Of a DNA stretch of 64,000 nt, positions 14,835-27,061 are shown one piece after another. The notes under the pieces were generated by a model. It made no database searches, was not told the DNA's origin, and saw only the letters and a list, made by a program, of their open reading frames with translations. The translations under genes and the position numbers were made by a program. Position 1 is the first letter of the stretch. The number at the start of each line of letters is the position of its first letter. The DNA comes from Phoronis australis (lineage: Eukaryota > Animalia > Phoronida): positions 761,092 through 825,091 of the forward strand of contig NMRA01000068.1 of the NCBI GenBank assembly GCA_002633005.1, in the 5' to 3' direction.

Positions 14835-17800
14835 CTGAAATACAGTAGAGTAGATCTTCTATTTTTTCACTACGACTCAACAACACATAGTAGATGACAG
14901 ATTATTTTATCTCCCATTCACATTTTTAGATTAGTGGCTGTCAAAGCACAAGGTGACCCCCAGTTGGGATGATCCTTGTGCAAGTGACCATGTGGACTGT
15001 GCAACTGGACACCAAGTGTGACAACTTACTTCCTCTTTTTAGGTTCAATACATGCCAAAAGCATCCAAAATTATCCGATGATGACAGTAAAGGGCGGAAG
15101 CCGATTTCCCTTGTAACTGGGAAAGAAGGGAAATTAACAAGAAAGTTATTAGTAAGGTGACTAAGTCATTTTGCAATTACAATTTTGCCAGCCATAATAG
15201 TTACAACCAGACGTTTTTGCTGTAAACAGTATTAGCCATAATGGCTGGGAAATGCTTTTTTTTTGTCTGGTTAGGTTGGTCTTGTACTGTAATTCAAGTT
15301 GTGCCCAATAAATTTGCTCCAGCACAAGTGAGTGGGTGAACTGAAGTGGTGTCAAGGTGGAAGAAATGATCAGCAACCCAAACTGAATTTCATACATGGA
15401 TTTATGAGCAGAGTGATTTTTTCTTATCATTTTTGTCCCGACTATGGTGATAGCTTTCGTTAATTCTGATTTAATTTTCTAGGAGGACCCATTGGGTTTT
15501 TTTTTCACAGAGCATCACTTGGTCAATGACAGATCATTTTACCAAGTGATGCTCTGGGATGCGATGGTTTATGCATGCAATTACCATACTGTCTTAGAAA
15601 ATGTACAGTAAACTCCAGAGGCATTTGGGCCAACTATCAAAACATAAGTATCACCAGTCCAATTTTGTGACTTTGCAAGCCCGCCCCTGCTATGCACACA
15701 GGAAAGACTGGGTGACGCAGATGACCTTAAGACAACCAATGTTACCCAGAGAGCACACAAGCGCATAATAAATGACATGTGTACAGTTGAAGAATCACTA
15801 AATAAAGAGCCACTTGTAAATAAAATAGTAAAACCATGAGAATCATGTACAAAATAAATGTTTTTGCCAAAAAGCAACATTAACACATTTATTCATTTTT
15901 AATTTGACACAATATAATACGTTTATTTCGAGATCAAAAACTATGTCTGCCATTAAAACTCATACATTCCTTTCTACAGTTTATTCATAAATGTAATAAA
16001 TGGAAGACACTAATTTTGTCAAACTCTACTCCCAACCACCGCAATACGTAATCCCCTTTGCTGATATACTAACCACTATTTTATATAGGCCTGTCATTAC
16101 TGATTCTACTCCCAATAAAGTTATGATAACAATGATAAAAATTTGGAAAGACGAAGTTAGCATTTCTCAGAACCTCAGTGATAGAATCACTCAAAAATAA
16201 AAACACAATGAACCTCTTTAAAAAACTTCACTTAAGATGAAATAATCATACCCAAAGACATTTGATACATGAGGCCCTACTGTGGGCTCTTCACTCAGAT
16301 TTACTACCAGAAGGCCAAATCATCCCTGCTGAAAGGTTAATTTCTTTAGGCCATGTTTTGCCTTTGCTCATCACTATTGCTGGATAATAACCATTGATCA
16401 CACAGGGTTAAATATTGAAAGAGGGGTGGTCTGCTGTATTGACAGATATTATCTGCACCTTAGAATCATGTATTAACAATCCACTACATTGACAGTGTTT
16501 AATGCCTGCTGAGTGGCCCATTGTTGCAAACAAACCTTCTGTTGCTGAACTTTTGTCCCAGTTTGATGGGCTGTGGTTTGTCCTCACATAAACCATTTCA
16601 AATGAGTTGTCACACAATACACAACACTTGATGAACTGCCTAATAACAGTTTGGTGAATCAGCCAGTCAACCAGTAACTCAGAAATGAAACACATGCCAA
16701 GCCATAAGTTATTCAAGTACATAAGGTAGCACTGAACAGTTAGGCTGTAGCCACGGGGCATTTTCTAGTCCCTAGAATTTGTGTACAGGGCGTATGTCAG
16801 GTTTGACTGGTTGTTCGATGAATTTGTTGAAAACAAATGCCAGGAAACTGATTTACTTGTGTTTTTGAATGAGAAAAGCCAAGTTTTTTAGCCGTGACCT
16901 ACTTTTGATGCAAAACGGTGGCTGTCGTTTGCTTTCAACCTGTTGCCTGCTGTCCGAGAAACCGGGTGCGATTTCAGGTGGTTGTCAGACAGATCAAACT
17001 TGCCAAAAAAGTAGCTGGTAAGGGATATACTATGACCACAATTTTAGAATCTAGAGACTGCAAGCATTCTGAATCTGTAGTCGGATTTTACCTAGCGCTT
17101 GCAGGGAAGTGGCAATTTTGTGGAGAAACTGTCAAATTCGGTGTTTTTTGGTAATATTTTTGACTGCCGGGATATTTTTCCGATGTGAATTAACCGATTA
17201 AAAACGTTTGGCTACCTGGCAAAAACCTCAGATCGCAAAATGAAAACTGAGGTTGCCAAATCTGAAAATCTCAGGCGTCTAAATCCATTGTGAGGTTTCC
17301 TATCCAGCGTATAAAAGTTTGTCGACCAAAAAAAGATGAACGGCTGTAGCGCCACCTACTCCTCCGATTTCCCCCATAAATGCCTGAGTGTAGGCATACC
17401 ATCATTCTTTAACCAACAGCAAACGAACATAGAACCCAGACAACAGCATGGACTGGTGGCGCGAATCTTGCCGATCTTCCCTGATTTTTACCGAACAATT
17501 CCAACTTCTGTTCACTTGCTGTTGTAACTTAAATGTGGTGGCAAATGCGTGATTTCCGAAAATCAATGAAACAATTGTGAATCAAAGGTAATAAATCCAG
17601 GAAAACAGTAATTTTAAGTTAGGAAGTCAACACAAACTTAGAAACGAATTTAGAGGGAATTATTGTCTGTCTTTGATACTCGCACTGGTGAGTTCGTTGC
17701 GACTTCCCAGATAGCCAAACACAATCTGAGGTCACATTGGCGACCTGCAGGTCACCAAACCGAGCCCTGTAGGATAATTTGTTCAAGGGTAACTTGCGCC

Positions 17801-18997
17801 ACATCTAATTGCTGTGTGGCCGCACACATGGGGCAAGGCGTAAGTAATTATCAGCTGTGGTCGAATAACAGAAAGGTCTTCTTTTGTGTAATGTATTCGC
17901 ATCAGCTGTTCATTGTCATGTACAAATCTTCTGCCTTACCCCAGTTATCGGATGCGTGTGTGTGAGGTCGCCTCACTTAAAAGTGGGGTAAGTTGCACTA
18001 GTGCAAGTTGTTCTAGGGTAGGCTGTGCATGGATGAACTTAAAAGGGGAAAATAGTGTCAGAATCAGATGATTGCAGCTTGTCACATAACCCCTACAGGC
18101 ACTCCCTCATTAGTTGTGAGTCAGCCACTTGTAACTCTCAATTGAGCTTTCACCTATCAATCACATTAGCCTAGTAATTCCCTCAAAATGAATTTTTGCA
18201 GTTTCCCTGGAAACTGTCTAGTTACTAGTGATAAGTTAAGACCTCAGCTATTAAAGAAAATGCCAGATCCACTTGTAACATGGAGAATTAAGTGGTCTGT
18301 CTGTGCACTCATAACTCACCACTCGTAACACTTTCCCCAATGGTTTCGATTGTGTGTGCTAATAGGTTGCCAAACTACAGCATAATCGTCCTAATAACCA
18401 GAGGAAGCTACTGCTGGCCTCCACAAGTGTGTATTTAACTAAGTACCTAAAAACTACAGTTTTTACCTCACTAAAAGTATATTTTTCTGAAAGAAAAAAG
18501 CCAACAGAATTTCATTTTTGACTTTATATCGGACACTAATTGGTGTAACCGTGTCTTTTAGTAAAATTTAGCAAAATAAAGAAAGGTACATTCATTGCAA
18601 AACAATATGACTAAATTTTGTTTGATACAGATGTTCAAGTTGAAATCTCAAAAATGTTGCTGCAGTTTTCTAAATCATTGTTTAGTTTCCGTTTTATGTA
18701 ACTGTAAGTCTTTTATTCAAAACCATTAAAGTTCAACTTACACCCCCCACTGATGCATCCTTATTTGCAATGAGATTTGACACTGAGTGCTACCTACTAA
18801 ATTATAACTTTTGCAACTGCCGTTTTAACACTTAAAACGATTATAGCCTCAGCTAAACCAATGTCGCACAGAGTTATAACCAGGCTACAAATTTACAAAT
18901 GGTTTTAAAGCGTTTAGATTGAAAGATGTAACTTTTAGATCGGTTTTAAAAGTTATAACTACTTTGGTCTGAAGAGGGCAAAACATTCAGAACTTAC

Positions 18998-19156
18998 CAT
19001 TAAATCGTGCTGTGCGTGTTATAAATGTAGTCCTGATAAAGTGAGTAGCCTGGGCTATAGCAGTGTTGTAGTCTCTCTGACTTTCTGACATCAATTTTTG
19101 CTCCATATTTTTCGTACAACACGTAAATTGTTTTTGGCATACTGAGAGATCTTTAC
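18998..19156 (-). CDS. GPC6: Glypican coding exon 2 (159 nt)
   Basis: tgttgcAG acceptor and GTAAGT donor, phase 1/1. Translates (G)KDLSVCQKQFTCCTKNMEQKLMSESQRDYNTAIAQATHFIRTTFITRTARFN(E), containing the glypican C-x4-TCC-x3-ME motif. Joins in frame to exons 1 and 3. Confidence 0.93.
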
Positions 19157-20511
19157 CTGCAACAGAACATTACAAAACATAAAATATCCAATTAATAATC
19201 TTGAGCAAAACAGCGAGTTGATATGCACAGTAATTGGAAAAGACATGACCGCTATTTTTTTAACACATTTCCATGTGAGCAACACTAATTAATGAAAAAA
19301 TTAAGATGACGGTGTATAGAGCTAATCCTCTGAAAACTGACGAATACAATCCGCATGATCTATTAAATCACAGGAAGCCAACAATCTGTCAGATAAAGTA
19401 TTATCTGTCAAATTTCATGAAAAATCTTAATCTAATTTGGTAGATATTGAGGCAAATGAAAAAACTGAACTGCTTCTACGAGGCACAGAAGAAGTCGAAA
19501 CTGTCCAAAAATCAACATCAGCCAGGTTTCCGATAACAGAAACACCAACCGTATTCGCCCTAATAAGCACCCAAGCGCTTAGAAAAATTTGTTTCAGGGG
19601 GGTCTTCTTGTAACTTAAGGCGGTTGAAACCCGGTCTAAGAAACGGGTGAAATTGGAAGCTATGATTCATCAGACTTACGCTCTGTCACGTGTCTGTAAC
19701 CAATGACAGACTTTCTACAAAACTGGGGTACACTGCAATCAAACTTCATTTTTAAATTAAGATCGTTTTACAGAACATTGTGCTGAAATCCCGTGATAAT
19801 GTGATAGTTGATATGGCAACTTGAATAAAAACACAATTTCAACTTAACAAATTTCCTAAAATCCTCACTTAAGTTTTCCAAATAGTATCCCTAAGATTTT
19901 TAAGTTTCTTTGGAGTTGGGATTATCAGCAGGTTAAGTCCAAATCTGCGCAAGATTGTACCCCACAACATGAGAAAAATCGCTACACTAACACAGACGTC
20001 GTCACGTGACGTTTGTTTTGAAGGTCGGTTGCGTGTGTGTGAGCAAGCGAGCGTGTGCATATCATCAGTGTTCATTTGCCACAGTAAACACAATGTAATG
20101 ATCTAGGTGTGCATTTAACTGAAGAAATTAACATAAACAATAAAGCAGAACATGTTTTATTTAGCACTTACTGGCACCATCTACTATTAAAACGTTTGAG
20201 ATTGTTTCGGTAAGGCCGAATATACTTACATCATTGAGTCACTGGATGGTTGAGTAACAGTCTGACAATTATTCAAGTTCCAGGAGATTTAGGTGTAAGG
20301 GTGCCGAGGTGTTCACTATCAGAGGGCCATTTAATCAGATATTTGTTTTTAAAAACAACGATTATGATTAATTACCGGTAAATAATTCCTCTTAAAAATA
20401 ACGCAAGTTCTTTATGGTAACAGAAACTTTTGTAAATTTGTGCTACTGCGGTATTTATTTCTTGCCGATGCTATGCTACCCGTTTCCGTAGACTAATGTC
20501 TGACATGACAG

Positions 20512-20661
20512 GGTTGATTTCAGTAACTCAAGGACCTACGCTAGGACTTCGTTAAAATCTAGCCAAAATCACGCGCTCTCGCAAAAAATACAAAGCAATG
20601 GTTCACGTAATGTCGCCAAGTCTAGCTTTTTATCATGGTCCTATCGTTACTGAACTCTACC
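20512..20661. mobile_element. PIF/Harbinger-like MITE nested in the pogo-HIRAN element
   Basis: TIRs ggttgatttcagtaac and gttactgaactctacc; CAG direct repeat on both sides; absent from the homologous copy at ~54920 (empty site). Confidence 0.7.
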
Positions 20662-20715
20662 CAGCTATGTAGCGCGAGCTTCTTGGCCTTGTGCTTAAAC
20701 AATAATCTTTTATTC

Positions 20716-21170
20716 ATGACACAGTCCTCAGCTGACTGGCACACTTCGATTCATAGTCTTCACGTCTACTAAAAAAATTTGGAGTCCTGTTGCGGACCAG
20801 GTCGAAATGTCTGCCAACAACCAACCACGTCTCTAAGTAAGTGAACATTTTATATACAATGCCTCTAGAGTCCAATGACGAACATATTCTCCAAAAGTTT
20901 TTGTACGTGAAACATTCCATCCCATTAACAAGTACGCTGTGTCTGTTCTGAAAGGCCAGACGATAGTAGTGGGACACGTTCCTGAAGAGGTCAGCAAAAC
21001 TTGCCTTCTTTTTGAAACACGGCAAAAGTTTGAAGTGTGTAGTTACGGCTAAATGCCAACATAGCGCGGCGAGGCTGGTGGTCTAGAAATTCTGCGCACA
21101 ATGATTTTTTCAGAACTGCCGGATCTTGCTGATAAATTGAAGACATTACTGCAGAATTTTAGGACTTCAG
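20716..21170 (+). pseudogene. HIRAN-domain protein pseudogene inside the TIR element
   Basis: Across stops and frameshifts: MTQSSADWHTSIHSLHVY*K/IWSPVADQ ... FVRETFHPINKYAVSVLKGQTIVVGHVPEEVSKTC/FLKHGKSLKCVVTAKCQHS/AGGLEILRTMIFSELPDLADKLKTLL. This fits the stand-alone HIRAN consensus (IRGYHVY..IW.P; RE..N..D.YAV.V...VGH.P; GGLE.PC). Possible GTAAGT..AG intron at 20837-20897. Confidence 0.75.
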
Positions 21171-22993
21171 GTAAGTCATTTTTTGCATGTACACGTTCAT
21201 GGGCTGGGCGCTTACTTCAGCGAAGTCTGAAAAATGCGGGGGCAGCGCTTATAGGGGTATGGGCGCTTATGAGGGCAAATAAAGTACGTCAACAAAACGA
21301 AACTTAAAATGCTAAACTTGCCACTGGGGTAATGCGGGTAAGCACAAGCAGGAGCCAGATAGAAGCTGTTTTCGCTTCATAGATACACATGTAACATTTC
21401 ACGAAGTCCATCATAGCACTTCGATTTACAGGTAAAACTGCAGCAAATGGTTTCAACAGTAGTCAGATCTGTCCATAAGTCATTGTAAGTCAGGCTCTAG
21501 TTACAGGTCAGGCAGAAAAAGGTAGAACTGCAGCAAATGGGTACAGCAATAGTCAGATCTTTTCATAAGTCAGTGCAAGTCATGCTCTAGTTAAAGGAAC
21601 ACTTTACCACTTTTAATCACAAATGTCTAAGAAAGCATTTGCTGTCTCTTTCAAATCTGATGCATTACTTTGAATCCACTTGCTTCCTGTACCAGTGAAT
21701 TACAACTTAAAAGAGTCAACACATTAGTACAGTCAGTCATCTGAAAAGGTTTGGAATTCATTGGAGTTACCATTTTGGTTCACACAAAACTACTATTCAG
21801 ATACACTTGAATACAGTCTAACAAGTTTGTTTTTAAAATGATTCCTCGTCATTGGAAGTGCTGCATTCCAAGTTTTCTGCCATTATGTGGTGAGAATTAG
21901 TTAACAGAAGACAAGTTTTCTGAAGTTACATATTAAGAATCAATTGGCTTACTGAGTGTTGACATGGCGATTTTCCTCAGTGTGGATTTCAGAACTCCTG
22001 AAATCACCTGCACTAGGTTTACAAGAACACTTGGCAAAACGCAAACAGTTTACCAGTAGTAAATACACTATTCTTTTAGCCACACTGATGTGCTATTCCC
22101 TTGTGGGTAATATACACAGACAGTTATTATTGTTTCCTCATCATTGTATTCAAACTACATTGTTTAGAAACCGTGATCCATGTTTGAAATGCCCTGAGTC
22201 ATTTTCTTGTATGGAATAATTGACTTTTTCTGGCCATATTATGGAAAATCAAGTTATTGAAATAGTATTGCACAATACAAAATGAATTTCCTCAGCATAT
22301 ACGAAAAATGAACAGTCAAGAGGTGATTGGTAAGAGAGCACAGAAATAGTGTGGCCCATGAAGTACTAATGACACAGCTACGACCTCCAAGTTCAAAGAC
22401 ATTCCTTCGCAGACTGTTGTTTTATGGGTTTATCAAATTGTGATATTGAGACTCTAGGACAAGTTTAATGCATGTTTTGGAATAATGAACTTGAGGGCAA
22501 GATCGAAAATTCAAAATGCTACCATCCACATCTACAATATTTAACCTGCGTGATGCACATCTCGAGTTACCTGCTGATGATAAATGAATATTGAAGAAAA
22601 ACACCTTTTTGTACAATTATCAGAAATCATTCATTGGATAGTACGTCGCTCTGAGTACCAGACATCTTTCTATAGCATGAATCATTAAAGGAGAGGAAAG
22701 GGAAAATATTGTGTCATTGTTCACGATTGGACAATAGCAGATAATGTTTCTGAGACATGTCAGCATTGGAGAAAAGCTCATAGTCTGTGGAAGACACTGG
22801 GAACTGCCACAACAGTATATATATATATATACATATACATATACATTTTTTTATATGGTGGGGCGACCTGACTACGTTTGTTAGAACTATTCATTAAAAC
22901 ACCATCTACCACGAACAATGATGAGTTTCATATTAATTAACTGTTCATTTTGTGTCACTCCTTTCTCCAAAAGTTAATTTGCTTCAGTTATAA

Positions 22994-23501
22994 GGCCCTT
23001 CCACGCTAACTTAATTCCAGTATGAGCGAAGCATTGACATAAACTGAGAAATTGAATTATTCATGTCACTACCAGCTTCAGTAATTAACGGCATCGAAGT
23101 AAATGGTAGGTGATGTTGTCGTTACGCAAGGTAGCACTGAAGCATCCCGTGCATGCTAAGATTCTTTCAATGTGACAATTTGAGAACATTTGGGTGTGCT
23201 AATTGACATAAAACTTATTTCTAATTTGATCAGTGATTATTCCAGCAAAATATAAGCAACTATTAGCAACAACACTCCCCCTTAATTGCTGACGAAAGCA
23301 GTGGCCCCTGGCAATAACTTCGATAAGGACCAAAATTGACTGTTCATAGTGGACCACAGCATCAACGCTCCGCTGTTAAATCCACCTGTTTATTGCGAAG
23401 TTAACTGGCACTGTTAACTTTGATCCAGGACCGAAGTTAACCATTCACATTGAACACGACTCTCCAAAACATAGACACCTCGACTTTAGTATGAAAGGGC
23501 C
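22994..23501. mobile_element. PIF/Harbinger-like MITE
   Basis: TIRs ggcccttccacgctaa and ttagtatgaaagggcc, flanked by TAA/TTA. Confidence 0.6.
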
Positions 23502-25428
23502 TTAACAATTATCACAAACTGTTAAAGTGTTTATAAAGAAACTGAGAGAACATCAGGCATGAAATAAAACTTATATGGGTACAGTAAGGTTTCTTCAATT
23601 TTGCACAGAAATAATTGCCAATACATCAACTTTCCATTTTTCAATGATTACAATGTTAGAATACCGGTACTCAAACTTTCAAGCTTTTCTTTTGTGAACG
23701 CTCAGTACAAATCCTGTTAACAGTGAAATCAACAAGTTTTCCTCTGTTTACTTCCATCGAGAAATTTGACTACCAGTAAATTAAATTACGGTATACATGG
23801 CCACCATCTTGTATGCTATATTGAAGAGTGTTCACCCTAATAGTCAACTACAGGGTTTAAGAGTTTTCCTCAGTATATAACGCCATCATACAGGTTCTAA
23901 AAATTCAGGACCTCTGTAAGTGACTACCGGGTATTGCCTTATAAATAATAAAGGTAAAGACCCGCAAAAAACAAGTTACCACAGAACTGAGAAAATTCAC
24001 CTCACACTATCATTAAACATCTCCACGTTTCCTGGGAAAATTTAGTTAGTCAATACTAACAATATTTTAAAAAAACACACGCAAAGAATAAAATGTGAAG
24101 CAGACTGCAACATATCAACAAGTCATATCAAGCAAAACAGGTGACAAATCGAGTTTCAGTAATGAAAAAAAACACTACTACTGCATACAGGAAACCAAAA
24201 ATGAAAACACTGGGAGTCTGCATACTGTTTTTCTTCTTAATCTGGTTTGCATCAAAATCAGTAGAACAAATGAATACTTTTATCATTTGTTTGCAGTAGT
24301 AACGATATTAAAGAATTGCTGGAGTGTCTAGACAGTTTCCAATCAGGGGAAATAAAAACATGTAGGAGGACTTAACAATAGTCTTGGATAAATATGGGTT
24401 CTTACTGTTTACTGTGAGTAAGAGGTCCATTTTGTGGTAACAGTTCAATGCAACAGCCACTGTGTAATAAGGAGGAATTTCCTGTCCACTTGTTAGCAGA
24501 CAAAAGGAATTTACTGAAGTCAAATGCACACAAGAAGCTGCTGGCTGTCCTTGTACAAGCATCAGCTAAGCTAGTCAGAAATGCAAACATATTTTCACCA
24601 GAGCTGCACTGAGGGGATTGCCCATATTATCAAAATGCAGATCAAATGCCTGATCCAAACTCTGAAAAAAATTCACCAGTGAACACTCGGCTGACACCTG
24701 AACTAACTTCTTAAACTTCTTAATGCCCAACACGAAATCATACAGCAGACCTGCCTTCTTACCATGAGAAGACAACAGTCCAATAATGGGATTTGTTGAT
24801 GGGCTTTTCCCACCTATGGTGACTTGATCTCATTACTAGTCAGAACATTAGCACCTTTTACATTAATGTTATGCTTATAATTCGAGAGATTGCAGTTGGG
24901 ACTTAGAAGGCTTGACACTAACGCACCAGCCAGCTAGCTGTATATGATTGAACATCAAAACAGAGCAAGCAATCAATTCGTGTGAAAAGTTAACACTTTA
25001 CACAGATCACCACTCAAACTCCATTTGTGATCCTCTCGCAACGAAACTTGCATCAAATGACGCCTTTCAGAAATTTTTGAAAGAGCCCCTTACGTGATCT
25101 GCGTCCAAAAAAAATTTGTAGAGGTGATTTTTGTTTATTCTACCTGGATTTATAGTTTCTTTTACCTAAATTTTAAGACCTAAAATAGTACCCAGGTTTC
25201 ATGTCATCAACAGTTTAGTTAAGGTAAATTAGGGTAAATTCGGACGAAAACACCTAGCTCCACTTGCTTACCTGTTACTGAAGGTTAATGTGTCCACTAA
25301 TTACATTTGATGACTCATGCGACATTCGCAATTCTTTTGAGAAATCAACCAATGAGATTCTTCGTTACTAGTTCAGTTTCAATGCCTTCGAATTTTAAGA
25401 ATAATAACAATGGTCAAAATCGGGGAAA

Positions 25429-26216
25429 TTCAGACGCAGGTGGGGAAAGTTGGACAGGGCGTCACAGAAATTTGGAACAGCAAATTCTGAATTGGTAAAA
25501 CTCGGACAAAATATATAACAGTACTTCATGATCTTAAAAAATGAATTTAGGTATTATTTTGCAGTGTCATCATGGGATGAATAATAAAATTCAAGAACTC
25601 ATCATGTCCTGGCCACATAAACAATGCAAAAGTATGCCTGCCATTACCAATTTGTGTGCAACCTGCTTGGTAAACAGCGCCATTGTTGACAAATTAAGTT
25701 GCGAACTGACCTTTTAACACAGAAGGTCATCACGCGAGTACGAAAATCGCTCAAGAAAGCATCAAGAAAAGTGTCTTATAACCTAAAAGCATGGTGTCCA
25801 AATTTCTCACAGCATATAAAAAGTTTGAGGAGAAATTTGGACAGTCGTTTTTTATAATTAAATCTTGCTTTTTGTACGTTTTTCTATTGCAATTAACACA
25901 TAAAACAGCATATAAATTAAGCGTCAAGTAAATTCAAGTTCATTTACATGACAAGTGCCCAAGTGACCTAATATAACTTGGAAATCACCTACCGCAGACT
26001 TTCAAAATCACCACGTGAAGCAGATGGCAGAGCAACGTAAGGTGCCGAACATGCGTCATGTGTTGTAATTCAACTGAGGCCATAAATAAAATCCTACTAT
26101 TGTTCAAAGAAGTGAATAATCTTTTCATTTAGTGGTAAGGCATCTTAATTGTTAATACATTTGACATTTATTTAGACTTGTCCAAATTTAACCGACGTCG
26201 GAGTTTCCCCAACTAC
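25429..26216. mobile_element. MITE-like element in glypican intron 1
   Basis: Left end tcggggaaattcagac...ggggaaagttggaca; inverted right end tgtccaaatttaaccgacgtcggagtttccccaa. Confidence 0.5.
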
Positions 26217-26488
26217 CCATAAGCTGATGAAAAGTTATTGATGAACTCGAAATGTTTCAAGTGTCCAAACCTAAGGACAAAAATGAGAAACTAATAACAT
26301 TTTGTCACATTTGTACGTCATCAGAAATTCAAAACAATCCCGCGATCATAATTATTTGAGTTAACGTGACAAGTTTCCTTGGCTATTCCAATCCAAGTTC
26401 ACGACACCAAGCGGAATTCCAACTTCAAGCATGACTAGCACTCATATCATAAGCCTGTGCACCAACCCAACGTCAATCTCGGACTTAC

Positions 26489-26636
26489 CATGTATTGGCC
26501 TAACTGGAACTTCACTCGCGTCATACTTTTTGAGTCTATACGGGTGTTTAATGTCAGCACATTTCAAGTTTGATGAGCAAATAGTAATTAATAACGAAAA
26601 CACCACGCAATAGAAACTCCACTTGAGGCACGTCAT
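26489..26636 (-). CDS. GPC6: Glypican (GPC4/GPC6, dally-like type) coding exon 1: signal peptide and first conserved Cys
   Basis: Translates MTCLKWSFYCVVFSLLITICSSNLKCADIKHPYRLKKYDASEVPVRPIH(G), a hydrophobic signal peptide followed by the glypican N-terminal C..(I)G segment. Phase-1 GTAAGT donor at 26488. In-frame upstream ATGs at 26672 and 26681 are alternative starts. Paralog label (GPC4 vs GPC6) is approximate for an invertebrate. Confidence 0.85.
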
Positions 26637-27061
26637 CGAAGTCGAATGCCTTACAGCATTAGAGGCCGCCATTGTGAGCATTGTCAACAAATCACTTCGA
26701 AACGAGCGAAGTTTCAAAACAAGTGAAAATAAAGCGTTAATCCTCGTTGTAAAATCACCTATGGCTGGCACTAAACAGTCACTTGTTAATCCTCATCAAC
26801 TCGTTAACTAGAAGCATATCACTCTACGCTAACAGTTCATTTTCTCTAGCGATGTTTCAGTTGTTCGACAAACTTCTTAGCTCTGTCTTCCCTCTGACAC
26901 ACACTTCCTCTGACCTTTCGTTGTGTTGTTTCCCTCCCACTTAGCTAAAAAAGATTCACAAACTAAAGACATTAATGTCAAGTTCAAATGGTCTTTATTA
27001 TCATTTAAATCGACATTTTATACTAGTGATATACTTTTTGCCACAAAATTGGCGAAATACT

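Larger units (their letters stand above)
19549..21284 (-). mobile_element. Non-autonomous pogo-related TIR element carrying a HIRAN-domain gene relic
   Basis: TIRs ccgtattcgccctaataagc (19549) and gcttatgagggcaaataaag-TA (21265-21286). 20170-20320 is the reverse complement of the pogo relic C-terminus/3' UTR (7003-7120). Homologous copies at ~54660-55910 and ~42870-43294. Confidence 0.8.
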
